Origin: Octopus vulgaris
Lineage: Eukaryota
NCBI GenBank assembly: GCA_951406725.2
Contig: OX597816.1
Coordinates: 59,644,001 to 59,708,000 of the forward strand
Length of the DNA: 64,000 nucleotides
Direction of reading: 5' to 3'
The position numbers and the translations under genes were made by a program. Under the pieces are notes generated by a model. That model ran no database searches. It was not told the origin of the DNA and saw only the letters and a list, made by a program, of their open reading frames with translations. Of this stretch, positions 52,591-64,000 are shown piece after piece. Each line of letters starts with the position of its first letter. Position 1 is the stretch's first letter.

Positions 52591-54539
52591 TATATGAGAG
52601 AGAGAGAGCAGTAAAAGAAATACTTTTGTTTAAATATTTTATCTAATTGTACCATAATTTTTCTGTTTCCTTAAAAAAGGAAGGTTACTGAAGTGAAGAA
52701 AATGATTAATTCATTGCATAAGCTGTTCATAATTTCACAAAAGATTAAAAATATACTGTTGATTTAACTCTTAACGTTTATATATTTTTTTAGGTCCATC
52801 TGGATATAGTTTAATCCATTTAAGTACACTGCTCTTACACGTTTTGAATACATAATATTGATTAGCTATATTGACTGCTAAAATTTTCGGTGTAAAATGA
52901 TATTAAACATAAGTGTTTAAACCGGCCAAATCCGGCCCAATATATTCTACATGTTTTATATTCAAACTGGCCATATCTAGCCTCTCACTCCTAACCTACA
53001 ATGCCATTCTGAAAATAAACAATCACATCATTGAAACCTCAAAGCTATAAGATAATGCATGATTAATTCAAGACAATTTGAGTGAAAAATTACTACATTT
53101 AACAGAGTAATCTGAACACTAAAGGGTTAAACATAAGTATAAATTTGAGGCAACAGGCTTTCTCAAATTGTTGTTTATAATGTGTGTTATACCATTAATC
53201 CTTAAACATTTCAGCCAATCATATCTGGCCAAAATAATGTTTTATGTTCATGCCAGTCAGATCTGGCCTCTCACACCCATCTTACGATGTTATTCATCAT
53301 TTAACTGCTGACATGGGTTGGACAGTTTGACTAGGGCTGGCACGCTGGAAGGCTGCACCAGACTCCAGTCTGATTTGGCATGATTTTCTATGGCTGGATG
53401 CCCTTCCTAATACCAACAACTCCGAGAGTGTAATGGATGCTTTTATGTGCCACCAGCATTGGTGCCATTTGCATGACACCAGTATCTGCCATGACTGCGA
53501 TTTTGCTTGGCTTGGTTGGTCTTCTTAAGCACTACATAATACCAAAGGTCTTGGCTATTGGCTCCATAAGGTCCAACACTTGAGAGGAACTCAGCCACTT
53601 TGCCTCCGTCAGGCCCAACGCTATTCTTTTATCTTTGATTTGTTCCAGTCTCTCTAGATTGAGGCCATGCCGAGGTACCACCCTGAAGAAACCCTAGTCA
53701 GATAAATCGAACCCAGCACTTTCTTTTAAGGCCTAATAACTATCCTATCAATCTCTTCGGCCAAACCACCAAGTTATGGGGACACAAACAAACCAACACC
53801 AGTCGTCAAGCAGTGGTGGGGGGACAAAAACACACATTTATAGGAAGGGCTTCTTTCCATTTCTGTCAACTAAGTCCACTCATAAGGCCTCGATCAGCCC
53901 AAGGCTAAAAAGAAACCATCACATTGAATCTTGAAGCTATATGATCATGCATGATTAACTGAAAGCAATGATTAACTAAGCATTACATTTGACAGAAAAG
54001 TCTGAATGCTAAAGGGTTAAATTCAAACATTTCCTGAAAATGGTCTTGGGAATGCTCTATAATTTTTTCTTTTTTGGCATTTATGTATTTGCTTCTGCAA
54101 GATCCTTGATGTGAAATCATGTTGAAATGCATATTGTTATACTTGGGGATGGTCGTGTTTTTGCCAATTAAACACCCACACTGTATATTTGATCTTCACT
54201 TTATTGTTAAGGTGCTGAGCCAGCGGAATTGTTAGCACACTGGACGAAATGCATAGCAGTATTTCGCCCATTGTTACGTTCTGAGTTCAAATTCCACTGA
54301 GGTTGACTTTGCCTTACATCTTTTCAAGGTTGATAAATTAAGTACCAGTGACACATAATCGACTTGCCACCCCACCTCCTCAATAGCTGCCCTTGTGGCA
54401 AAATTTGAAACCATTATTATTATTCTGCCAAGGTCAACTTTGCAGTCAGTAAAATAACTACCAGTTTGATGTAATTGACTTACCCCTCCCCCGAAATTGG
54501 TGGCCTTGTGCTTATAGTAGAAAGGATTATTATTATTAA

Positions 54540-55581
54540 CCCTTTCGTTACCAAACCGCCCAAAGCCGCCCGAATTTACCTATTCATATTTAAATGAGAA
54601 TATCAGAGCAAATCTCTTCAGTACATTCGTGAAAACACGTATTATACTTCGTAAACAGTTCAACTACAGTTTTGTACAATAATCGAAGTGTAATTTTAAT
54701 TCCGTGAATTTTGGGAGATTTTTTTCCGAAATTTGTTCCTATTGTGTTTTCAAAATCTGTAATTCTGACAAAAAAATGGATACGAATTTCATTATATCAA
54801 GCAGCGAGTCAGAATTCGAAGGATTTTCTACTGAAGACCTTCATAAATCTAACTCTATGACTGAAAAAAAAAAAAGAATGTGGTATTTGATAATGAATCT
54901 GATGTTTCATTTTCCGAAAGTGAAAACAGTGAATCTGAGATCTCCGATAGCGATAAAGAAAACGAATTGGCACCTGAATGGAGTGAAAATTTAAAAACTG
55001 TTTCTTTCGGTGATTTTTCTGAAGAAACTGGACCAAGCCACAGACTTTCCCAGGAGAGTAAAGCCTTAAACTATTTCTATTTACTTTTTCGAATGAGCCT
55101 ATTTGAAATCATTACGGCAGAAACGAACTGTTACGCTAAACGTAAACAAAGCGAAAGAAAGGATAGTTTGTGGTTTCCCACAACCTTAAATGAAATTAAG
55201 ACTATTTTGCCATAAATATTATGGGTATCAGAAAGTTACCCAGAAAAACAAATTCTATCGTAAAATTTTGTTGTATACCCAATTGAATATTAGCTAATAA
55301 CCCATTTTCTATAGCGATGTTTGAACAAAATTTTAATAATTTTATATTTTGTGGAATTTACCTGTATCTACCTACAATTAGAGTCACTTTGTGACAAAAA
55401 TTATAGTATAGAATTGGTTGAGAATATTTCATTAAATTATCTTCCAAAAATCAGATTAATATATCGATAAATAAAAAAGTTATAGTTGTTTAATGAAACC
55501 AGACTAAATTTATGATTACGTTAGAAATTAATTGAAACACATAAGGGGTGTAATTTGGTCAGAAATATAGTAACGAAAGGG
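54540..55581 (+). mobile_element. Internally deleted piggyBac transposon
   Basis: TTAA on both sides and perfect 12-bp TIRs CCCTTTCGTTAC. Frameshifted N-terminal transposase: an acidic tract, YFYLLF..IITAETNCYA and WFPTTLNEIK. Confidence 0.93.
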
Positions 55582-56318
55582 TTAAGGTGCTGAGCCAGAT
55601 AAATCGTTAGCACACTGGTCAAAATGCTTAGCAGTATTTCTTCTGTCACTACGTTCTGAGTTCAAATTCTGGTGAGGTCAACAACTTGCCTTTCATCCTT
55701 TCGGGGTTGGTGTAATCGACTAGTGCCCCCCCACCCCCGCACCAGAAAAAATTTCAGGCCTTGTGCCTATAATAGAAAGGAAGCACCATCCGAACGTGGC
55801 CGATGCCAGTGCCACCTTGACTGGCTTCTGTGCCGGTGGCACGTAAAAAGCACCAACCGATCGTGGCTGCTGTCAGCCTCCCCCGGCACCTGTGCCAGTG
55901 GCATGTAAAAAGCACCCACTATACTCATGGAGTGGTTGGCATTAGGAAGGGCATCCTGCTGTAGAAACACTGCCAGATCAGACTGGAGCCTGGTGCAGCC
56001 TCCTGGCTTCCCAGACCCGGCTGAACTGTCCAACCCATGCTAGCACGGAAAATGGACATTAAATGACTATTATTATTATTATTATTATTAGTAGTACCAG
56101 TAGTAACAAAGCAAAGAGCTGGCAGAATTGTTTGCTTAGCAACATTTCATCCATTCTTCAATTTTTTGAGTTCAAATTTTGCCATGGTTGACTTTGCCAT
56201 TCATCCATTCCAGATTGATGAAATAAGTACCAGCTGAATACTAGGGTCGATGTAATCGACTTATCCCCTCCCCCAAAATTGGTGGCCTTTTGCCAAAATT
56301 TGAAATCATTAGTTTATT

Positions 56319-56364
56319 AGTCAAGAGATCTTTCGTCACATTTTCTGTGACCTCTTCAATCACT
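56319..56364 (-). ncRNA. Degenerate hammerhead motif (second copy of family A)
   Basis: Minus strand: TTGAAGA G GTCACA gaaaa TGTGAC GAAA GATC TC. Stem III is the palindrome AGATCT; C3 is mutated to T. Confidence 0.65.
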
Positions 56365-56650
56365 TTTCTGTTCTTCATGTCTCTTCTCTCTGATTTTGTC
56401 CTGTCTGTTCCATTTGGTCTTTCTCTTTTATATTAATTAAAGTTAACAAAATTGTAAACGACAATAAGGTGAGGAGAGCAGAACTTACTAATTTATCACT
56501 AGTGAATTGGGAAATTTCATCTTTTTAATATTTACAAATTTAAAAATATAATTTTTTACCTGCTTCAGAAATGGATAAAACATTGTAGAAAGTAACTTAA
56601 TATATAATGTTCAATAGGTAAATCTGTTTAAGATGAGAATGATATTTTAA

Positions 56651-56973
56651 GTGAAGGCTCAGTAGTTAGAGCTTCGAACTTTCGACTGTAAGGTTGTGAG
56701 TTTGAATCCTGGACCGGGCTGTGTGTTGTGTTCTTGAGTAAGACACTTTATTTCATGTTGCTCCAGTTTACTCATCTGTAGAAATGAGTTGTGACGTCAC
56801 TGGTGCCAAGCTGTATTGGCCTTTCCCTTGGATAACATCGGTGGCGTGGACAGGGGAGGCTGGTATGCATGGGCGACTACTGGTCTTCCATAAACAACCT
56901 TGCCCAGACTTGTGCCTGGAAGGGTAACTTTCTAGGTGCAATCCCATGGTCATTCGTGACCGTAGGAGGTCTT
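56651..56973 (+). mobile_element. tRNA-derived SINE, family 3, with an 11-bp TSD
   Basis: A and B boxes plus a GTGTTCTTGAGTAAGACACTT core. TSD TGATATTTTAA at 56640-56650 and 56974-56984. Confidence 0.85.
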
Positions 56974-56986
56974 TGATATTTTAATG

Positions 56987-57160
56987 GTGTTATATATTTA
57001 AGAGATGAGGAATTGTGTACATTATTTACATTACTTACATTTGACGGATATTTGTCCTCCTCTTGTTTGTTGTTAACACAATGTTTCGGCTGATATACCC
57101 TCCAGCCCTCATTGTTTGTCTTGGGGAAGTTTTGAAACTGGTTTCTCATTCCTAAGGTAT
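56987..57160 (-). mobile_element. Penelope-LTR-like fragment with a decayed hammerhead (family H)
   Basis: Minus strand 57076-57119: CAATGA G GGCTG..CAGCC GAAA CATT GTGT. Flanked by a ~26-bp direct repeat. Confidence 0.55.
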
Positions 57161-58377
57161 TTTAAGATGAGAATGATAGTTTAATGCATAATGAGAGCTG
57201 TAGGTAAAGCACAATATTCTGCTTCTGCTTTACAGTTTAGAGGTTAACAGTACAAAAGGGAACCCCAATACATACACAATTGTTCTAAGAATATCCAAAA
57301 TAAACAATAATTGTTTGTACAGTTCCATATTGTCCTGAGTGCCAAAATTCTAGCTTGGAAGTTCAGGAGTTTGGGAAAGAATGGCGTTAGCTGTTAATCA
57401 CCTCTACTTCCTGCTCTGCACTGGTCTTAGGTAGAAGCACTTATCAAGGACCCTACTTACAGATCAGATTTCAGGAAATGATCCTGTGGCTAAAGCATAC
57501 AGGATTCAGAAGATGGCTGGTCCTTAGATGTCACATAGATCTACTAGTGTGTGGACATGCTCCAATTACAGGTGAACAAGTCCCTCTTGTGTAAGGGTTA
57601 AATGGGCCTTTTCCTTGAAAGGTTAGCATGTGAGCAGAGTAAACTGTAAATAAATGTATTTTGCACTATTACATACTACTTACTTAGCTTTCAAGTAGGA
57701 GTGGAATTCATTTGCTTTTGTCAGTCAGGTGAACTGAGACATGCATTTATGTTTTGCCTGGTGAGATTGAATTTTACAACCATGTTGGTTTCTATTGCGC
57801 CTTTTCTTTTATATTCTGCTTTTCTTTCCCCATAAAATGGGAACCTAGACAATGGTCGTGTGGTGTGAAGTTTGGTTCTAGGTTCGTAGTTCTAGGTTTA
57901 GTGCCACTGTATGGCATTTTGAATAAAGTGTCTTCCATAACCTTGGGTCAACCCAAGCCTTGTGTGTGGATTTGGTAGACAGAAACTGAAAGAAGCCCAT
58001 CATGTGTGTGGGTGTGTGTGTTTGTTCCTCACACCACTTGACAACTAGTGTTGGTGTGTTTATATCCCTGTAACTTAGTGGTTTTGGCAAAAAAGATCAA
58101 TAGGATAAGTACCAAGGCAGTGCCCCAGCATGGCCAGTCCAATGACTGGAACAAAAGATAAAAGATTGTATGTTTGCTTCACAACCACATGGTTTTGGAT
58201 TAAATCACATTGCATGGCACCTTAGGCAAGTATCTTCTACTATAGCCATGAGCAAACTAAAATCATTGAATAGATTTAGTAAAGAGAAACCGAAAGAAGC
58301 TTGTATGTGCACGTATTTGCGTGACCTTGTTTCGACATTGTGTAATAGTTGCAAATGAGTGTTAGTACCATATAAAC

Positions 58378-58508
58378 CAGTGGTTCACTACCAAGGACAT
58401 CTTTTATTTAAATGAGTTTTCCCAAGGACCCCAGGATATTGAAAGGTCTATCAGCTTAACATGTTCATGGACCCCCCCAACCACTAATACTACCTTTGTG
58501 GGCCACTG
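58378..58508. mobile_element. hAT MITE relic
   Basis: CAGTGG...CCACTG ends with TSD ATATAAAC/ATATAAGC. Confidence 0.7.
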
Positions 58509-61500
58509 ATATAAGCAGTTCCTGGGTGTAGGAAATATCTTGCTTGGAAATCAAATTTTAAGTACAGTGATTGATTAAAAATTTTAAATTGCAACAGGTT
58601 AAACTTGTGAGTAAAATAAATATTTAAAATGACTTGAAACAGGAATTCTGTTACATATTTTTTTCCTTTGGCATTCTAACAAAAGTTGTTTTTAATGGTG
58701 GAAACTGCCAGTATATCTGCTAAAAATGAACAAATTTAAAGGAAGAAGTATCAACCGTTTGAGATGCCTCTCTACCTGTTGCAAGGATTATCAATGAAGC
58801 ATTGAAACCCCCTAAATAATCCCGTTATTGTTAGTTTTGGAGTGAATTACTTTGAGCCATAAGGTCTGAAGTGCTCTATTCATTACTTGATCTTCTAATC
58901 CAACTTATAATGGGTAACAATAAACTGGTATTAGGAAAAACCTGAACAATGTTTATAAAGTGCAGTACTATCATTGTTGCCATGAGTGACTTAACCTTAC
59001 ACCATACTGAGATCAATAAAATGCCAGAGGCTAATCTTAGATCTTTGAAACATTTCTGTTAAGTGCAAATTCTTTGAATTAAATTTCAATTTTGAAAGAC
59101 ATAGATACAGGCATAGCTGTGTGGTTCAGAAATATGCTACCAAACCAAAGGGTTTCAGGTTCAGTTTCACTATGTGGAACCTTGGGAAAGTACCTCTTCC
59201 TTTAGCCTGGACCAACAAAATCCTTGAGAGTGGATTTGGTAGAGAGAAACTGGTTGTGTCTGTCTTTCTCTTTGTTTTTGTTTTCTTTTTCTGCTCTAGG
59301 CCGAAATTTTTGGAGGGAACCAGTCGATTAGATTGACCCCAGTACATAACTGGTACTTAATTTATTGACCCCGAAAGGATGAAAGGCAAAATTGACCTCA
59401 ACAGAATTTGAACTCTGTCTCTTTATTTTGATAATGTGATAGTTGTGAATGAGCATCACCATCTTACAAGTGGTGGTGTTTGTTTCTTATCATCCATGCA
59501 AACCTGTCTAGTCATAGAGATAAATGATCTTACAAATAGATGATGGTTGGCAACAGGTAGGACGTCCAGCCACAGAGAAACTGCCTCAATGAATTCTTTC
59601 TGACCCATGCAATCATTAAAATGTTGACAATTTTAAGTTAACATTTAAATCTGTTCCAGTACCTTTCATTCAGTTATATGAACACACATTACTATTTCCA
59701 TTATTTTATCTGAAATCTGTTTTAGTATGACTATATGATTAATAATATCTTTAGAAATAGCTTCTGTGGTCATCCTAATGTTGCTCTTATATCTTGTTAT
59801 AAAATATAATGAAACCTTTGTCAATATTCTTCATGTGATTTAAAATTTTAAATCAGCTTAACGCTTCAGCATTATCTTGACCTAACTTATTAAATATTAA
59901 TCTTGTCATTCATATTTAGTTTCCTATCTCATTGAGAAGGATTTTAACCCAGTGGGTGGTAACCTGGAATATTTATACTTATGAAGTGAAATCTTTTCTT
60001 TCTTTCTCTCTTTAATAACTAGGTAGTTGGCTAGTGTAAGCAAAATTGTAGATTTTTTTTAACAGATAGGTATGTGCTTGGATTGAATAAGGAAAGTAAA
60101 TGTACAGTAGTTATTACATCTTTATATTTTGAATTTTTTCTTTTTTTTTGTAGAACGTTTTTAATTTGAACTAGTTATTTGCTTTATTCTCTTACTAAAT
60201 TATAAAAAAGAATTATAGCGTTTATATACGGCCTTAAATATGGTGTCAGTATGCTTGTGCAGAAGCTGGTTGGTACACCCCCAGTTTTTTTTTTTTTTTA
60301 CAGACTAGGTTAAATCTCAAACTTGTAAAACAGGCTTGTGAAATATCTTTAATTTGTGAGACCTTGCTTTGCAACTGAAGCTTCTTCGTTAGAACCAGCT
60401 ATTTATGTGTGTGTGATTTTCTTATGATTTCCTCCTGATTATCTGTCTGTTTTATAATGACCTAATTGAACTGGAAAACTATATTTAATAGCAATTTCTA
60501 ATCAACTGTCTACATCCATTATTTCTTTCCATTGAAAGGTCAAACTGGACCTAGTTTTCAGCCTGACACTTCAGACCCTAAAATAATCCTCTTCCTCTTT
60601 ACTTGGTCTCAGTTTTTTCCTTTTTTCTTCTTTTATTAAGTTTCCTCCTCCTCCTCCTAGTTAGTATATCTGCTGTCGTGGCATAAAACATCCTCCCAGC
60701 AACTGAGAGAAATACCATTTCTCATGACTCATGCTACAACTTTTAAACTAGATCACTGTTATAGTCACACTGCTACTTTTAAACCACCACCGCCTCTTCC
60801 CCCCACCCATCCCTCTCTCCCTCTCTTTCCTTGTCTCCTCACTTTTCTATTGTAGCCTTCTCTTCCTACATTTTCCTTTTATCATTTCATTTATTTTTAA
60901 CTTCTTCCAAAATTCTTCACTTTACTCCATTCAGTTCCTGTGTCACTTTTTTCTTTAGCAACTTCATTTTAAAAGTATTGTGACATTTTTCTACCTTTTT
61001 CTAGTTTAATTGCATTTTGAAAATAAAATGCAAACTACTTTAAAAAAATTTTTTTTGCTTATTTTAGAAGGCAATTACAGTATGATTTTGTCTTTGGCCA
61101 TGCTGGGGTACTGAAGGGTTTAGTCAAACAAATCATCCCCAGTATTTTACTTTTTAAAGTTTGGTACTTATTCTATTGGAACTGTTATGAGGATGTTAAC
61201 AAAACAACACTAGATGTGAGGCAGTAGTTGGAACACATATGTACACATACAACAGGCTTCTACACAGTTTCTATCTCCTATATCCAGTTGCAAGATATTA
61301 ATCGATCCAGGGCTACAGTAAGAAGACACTTACCCAAAGTGTCATGGAGTGGAACTGAACCTAGAGCCATGTGGATTCAAAGTAACGATTTTTCTACTCA
61401 GTCAAATCAGCACCTTTTTTACATTTTTTTTTCTCTTGATACTTAATTCATCAAATATGATGATGTGAGTTTGTAAAACTTTGGTGCTGAAATATCAAAT

Positions 61501-62121
61501 ATTAGAAAGTTATCCTGTAAGGGCCATCTTAGGCCTTCATCTTTGTAGAAATGATCATGATCAAATAATAGGCTCAGGCACAGCTCTGTGGCGAGAAGCT
61601 TTCTTCCCAACCACATGGTTCCAGGTTCAGTCTCACTGCATTACACTTTATACAAGTATCTTCTACTGTAGCTTCTGGCCAACCAAACCCTTGTGAGTAG
61701 ATTTGGGAGATGGAAACTGAAAGAAGCCTATTGCATACATTCACATGTGTGTGCACCTCTTTTTGTTCATGTCCCCTGCCACTGCTTGACAGCTGCTGGT
61801 GGTGTGTTTACATCCCTGTAACTTATCAACTTAGCAAAAGAGACTAATATAAATAAGTACCAAGCTTGATTCGTTTGACTAAAAATTCTTCAAGGCAGTA
61901 CTCCAGCATGGGCACAGTCTAATGACTGAAACAAGTAAAAGATAATAGTATAACTAACTGTTATGACAGCTCAAGCTAATCTTCCCTTAGCTTCTGGCTA
62001 CAACCACTCACTCTTTTTGTGGGCCATAATAAAGTATATAAGCTGACACAGCTTATGCAGTTGATTACCTTGCTGATGTCTTATTCATTATTATTTTTAT
62101 TTTTGTTCTTTCTGTAAATAG

Positions 62122-62387
62122 AAAAACTTACACATGTATCATGTTGGTTGTTCTGATATGTCTTCACTGTTTGCAACAGATCCAAGCAGAATCGCTGTAA
62201 TCTCTAGAGTACATTTTGTTAACAACCTTAGAAAGAAAAGTCGGAGCTCGTTCTTTCTGTTCCCCCCACTCTCCTCCTCTCTCTGTGTACAAAAGTGTGG
62301 GGTTTTGAAATTGATAGCACCCTGCTGCTTTTTACACTCACCCCTCGCCCTACTGCCCCACATTTCTGAAATTGGTATAAAAACGTG
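62122..62387 (+). CDS. Candidate exon of the host gene (open frame, ends in phase 2)
   Basis: Strong polypyrimidine tract plus TAG acceptor at 62121, donor GTG|GTAAGT at 62388, non-repetitive sequence and an open frame with ATG at 62134. Confidence 0.45.
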
Positions 62388-64000
62388 GTAAGTTGAATTT
62401 GTTCATGCATGCTAAAACTGTGGTAAAATTGTTAAAATGTTGGACAAAATGCCTTGCAGTGTATGAAGCTGTGCTTTTCCACTTTTGGGGTTGATAAACT
62501 GAAGTGCCAGTCAAGTATGGTGCTGGTGCCCTAAAAAAAAAAAAAAGACACCTGGTACACTCTGTGGTTGGTTTTATGATGGACCTCCAGATGTTGCAAG
62601 TGGAGGAGATGCAACATGCACAAATCCAGTACCATCATCTTCAATAATACCAATATTGTTTTCAAATGTTGATTTGAAGTCCCTTTTAACTTTTTTGTTC
62701 CCATATTTTTATTGCAACCTACTGTATTTGTTTCAATTATTTCGAAAATAATGAAGTATTTAGTTAAATATAACTTAAGCTAGTGTTTTGGAACATAAAT
62801 TAACACAATGTTGATAGGTTTTAATTTTGATCACTTTAACCATTTTTGTTTCAATATTTCTGTTTAATACACTCTCCATTTCAATTATTTCAGTAACGAA
62901 GAATTTATCAAAATAAGTTTGTCACCATTAAGCTAGTGTTTGGAACATGAATTAACTTGAAAGATTTTACTGGAAGGCTTTTATTTTATATAATTTTACA
63001 ACGGATTTGTATAACAGAACTAGGGGTGGCCCCTGGTGAGTTGATGTGAAAAGCATTATCAGTTAGCATTTTTGGTTGTTACCTCAGCACCCCTGTCAGA
63101 AATAGCTTATTTGAGGTGTATTTTCAATTTGGATAGCTGCTATTCTTATATTAAAGGGTGGTGAGTTGCCGGAATCTTTAGTACACCAAGGGGCATTTCA
63201 CATGTTTTTACATTCTGGGTTCAAATTACATCAAGCTTGATTTTGCCGTTCATCCTTTCAGGCTCACTAAAATAAGTACCAGTATAACACTGGGGTTCAT
63301 GTAATCAACTTACCCCTCCCTTAAAATTGCTGGCCTTGTGCCAAAATTTGGAACCCATTATTATAAGGCAGTAGTTTATGGCTTTCTTCCATAAAGTATC
63401 ATATTGGTATTCTTTTCATCATGCAGTTCTCAAAGCTAAATATCCCCTTTCAAATGAGTGGGGTTGTAAGGAAGAGCAAGGCAGTTTTATGTTAAGAGAT
63501 GATGGTTTAGTGTAAGAGAAGGGGCCAGAACAGGTTTCTTGCTGTAGGGAAGCTACTCACATTATAAAAGAGAGGAGGGTAAAAGTGGCCAATGTAGGGC
63601 TAGAAAGAAATAATAGCAGGGGTGGGGTAAAGGTATCTGTGTGGACCCTCAAGATATAAGGTAAGTAAATGTAGCTGATGGCAGAACAGGAAACATGACA
63701 AGGTAGTGGTTATAAGATTGTATGGGAGAGGGTGAATATAATTATTTCTTTATTGCCCACAGGGGGGACAAACAAAGGGATTAAGTTGATTACATTGGCC
63801 CCAGAGTGTAACTGGTACTTATTTAATCAACCCTGAAAGGATGAAAGGCAAAGTTGACCCTGGAGGAATCTAAACTCAGAACATAATGGCAGACGAAATA
63901 CCGCCAAGTTTTTTGCCGTTTGCTAACAATTCTGCCAGCTCACCGCCCTAAGAGGATGAATATAATGAAGAGTGATATAGGGAAGAATAGGGGACAACTG

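Noticed and set aside
56651-57160. SINE-hammerhead chimera moving as one unit
   Set aside because: The SINE has its own 11-bp TSD inside the older duplication, so these are two independent insertions.

Overview
AT-rich, repeat-dense eukaryotic DNA. The tRNA-derived SINE families, RTE tails and long (TA)n tracts point to a coleoid cephalopod, most likely Octopus (inferred from repeat content only). Most of the window is transposon debris: SINEs, RTE and CR1-like LINEs, a Penelope-like element, maT/mariner, piggyBac, hAT MITEs and Helitrons. A probable + strand host gene starts near 29.65 kb (CRE/AP-1/NRF1 promoter, first coding exon, candidate 21-nt micro-exon, candidate exon at 62.1 kb); I do not recognise the product. 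The most notable signal, invisible in the ORF track, is about 8 unrelated short repeat families carrying minimal type I hammerhead-ribozyme motifs, most with point mutations. One is a ~350-nt retrozyme-like unit found as a tandem array (15.6-16.3 kb) and as a TSD-flanked insertion that reads through the monomer junction (46.7-47.1 kb). Another joins a tRNA-SINE head to an antisense hammerhead and sits twice inside a Penelope endonuclease. All folds and alignments were done by eye.
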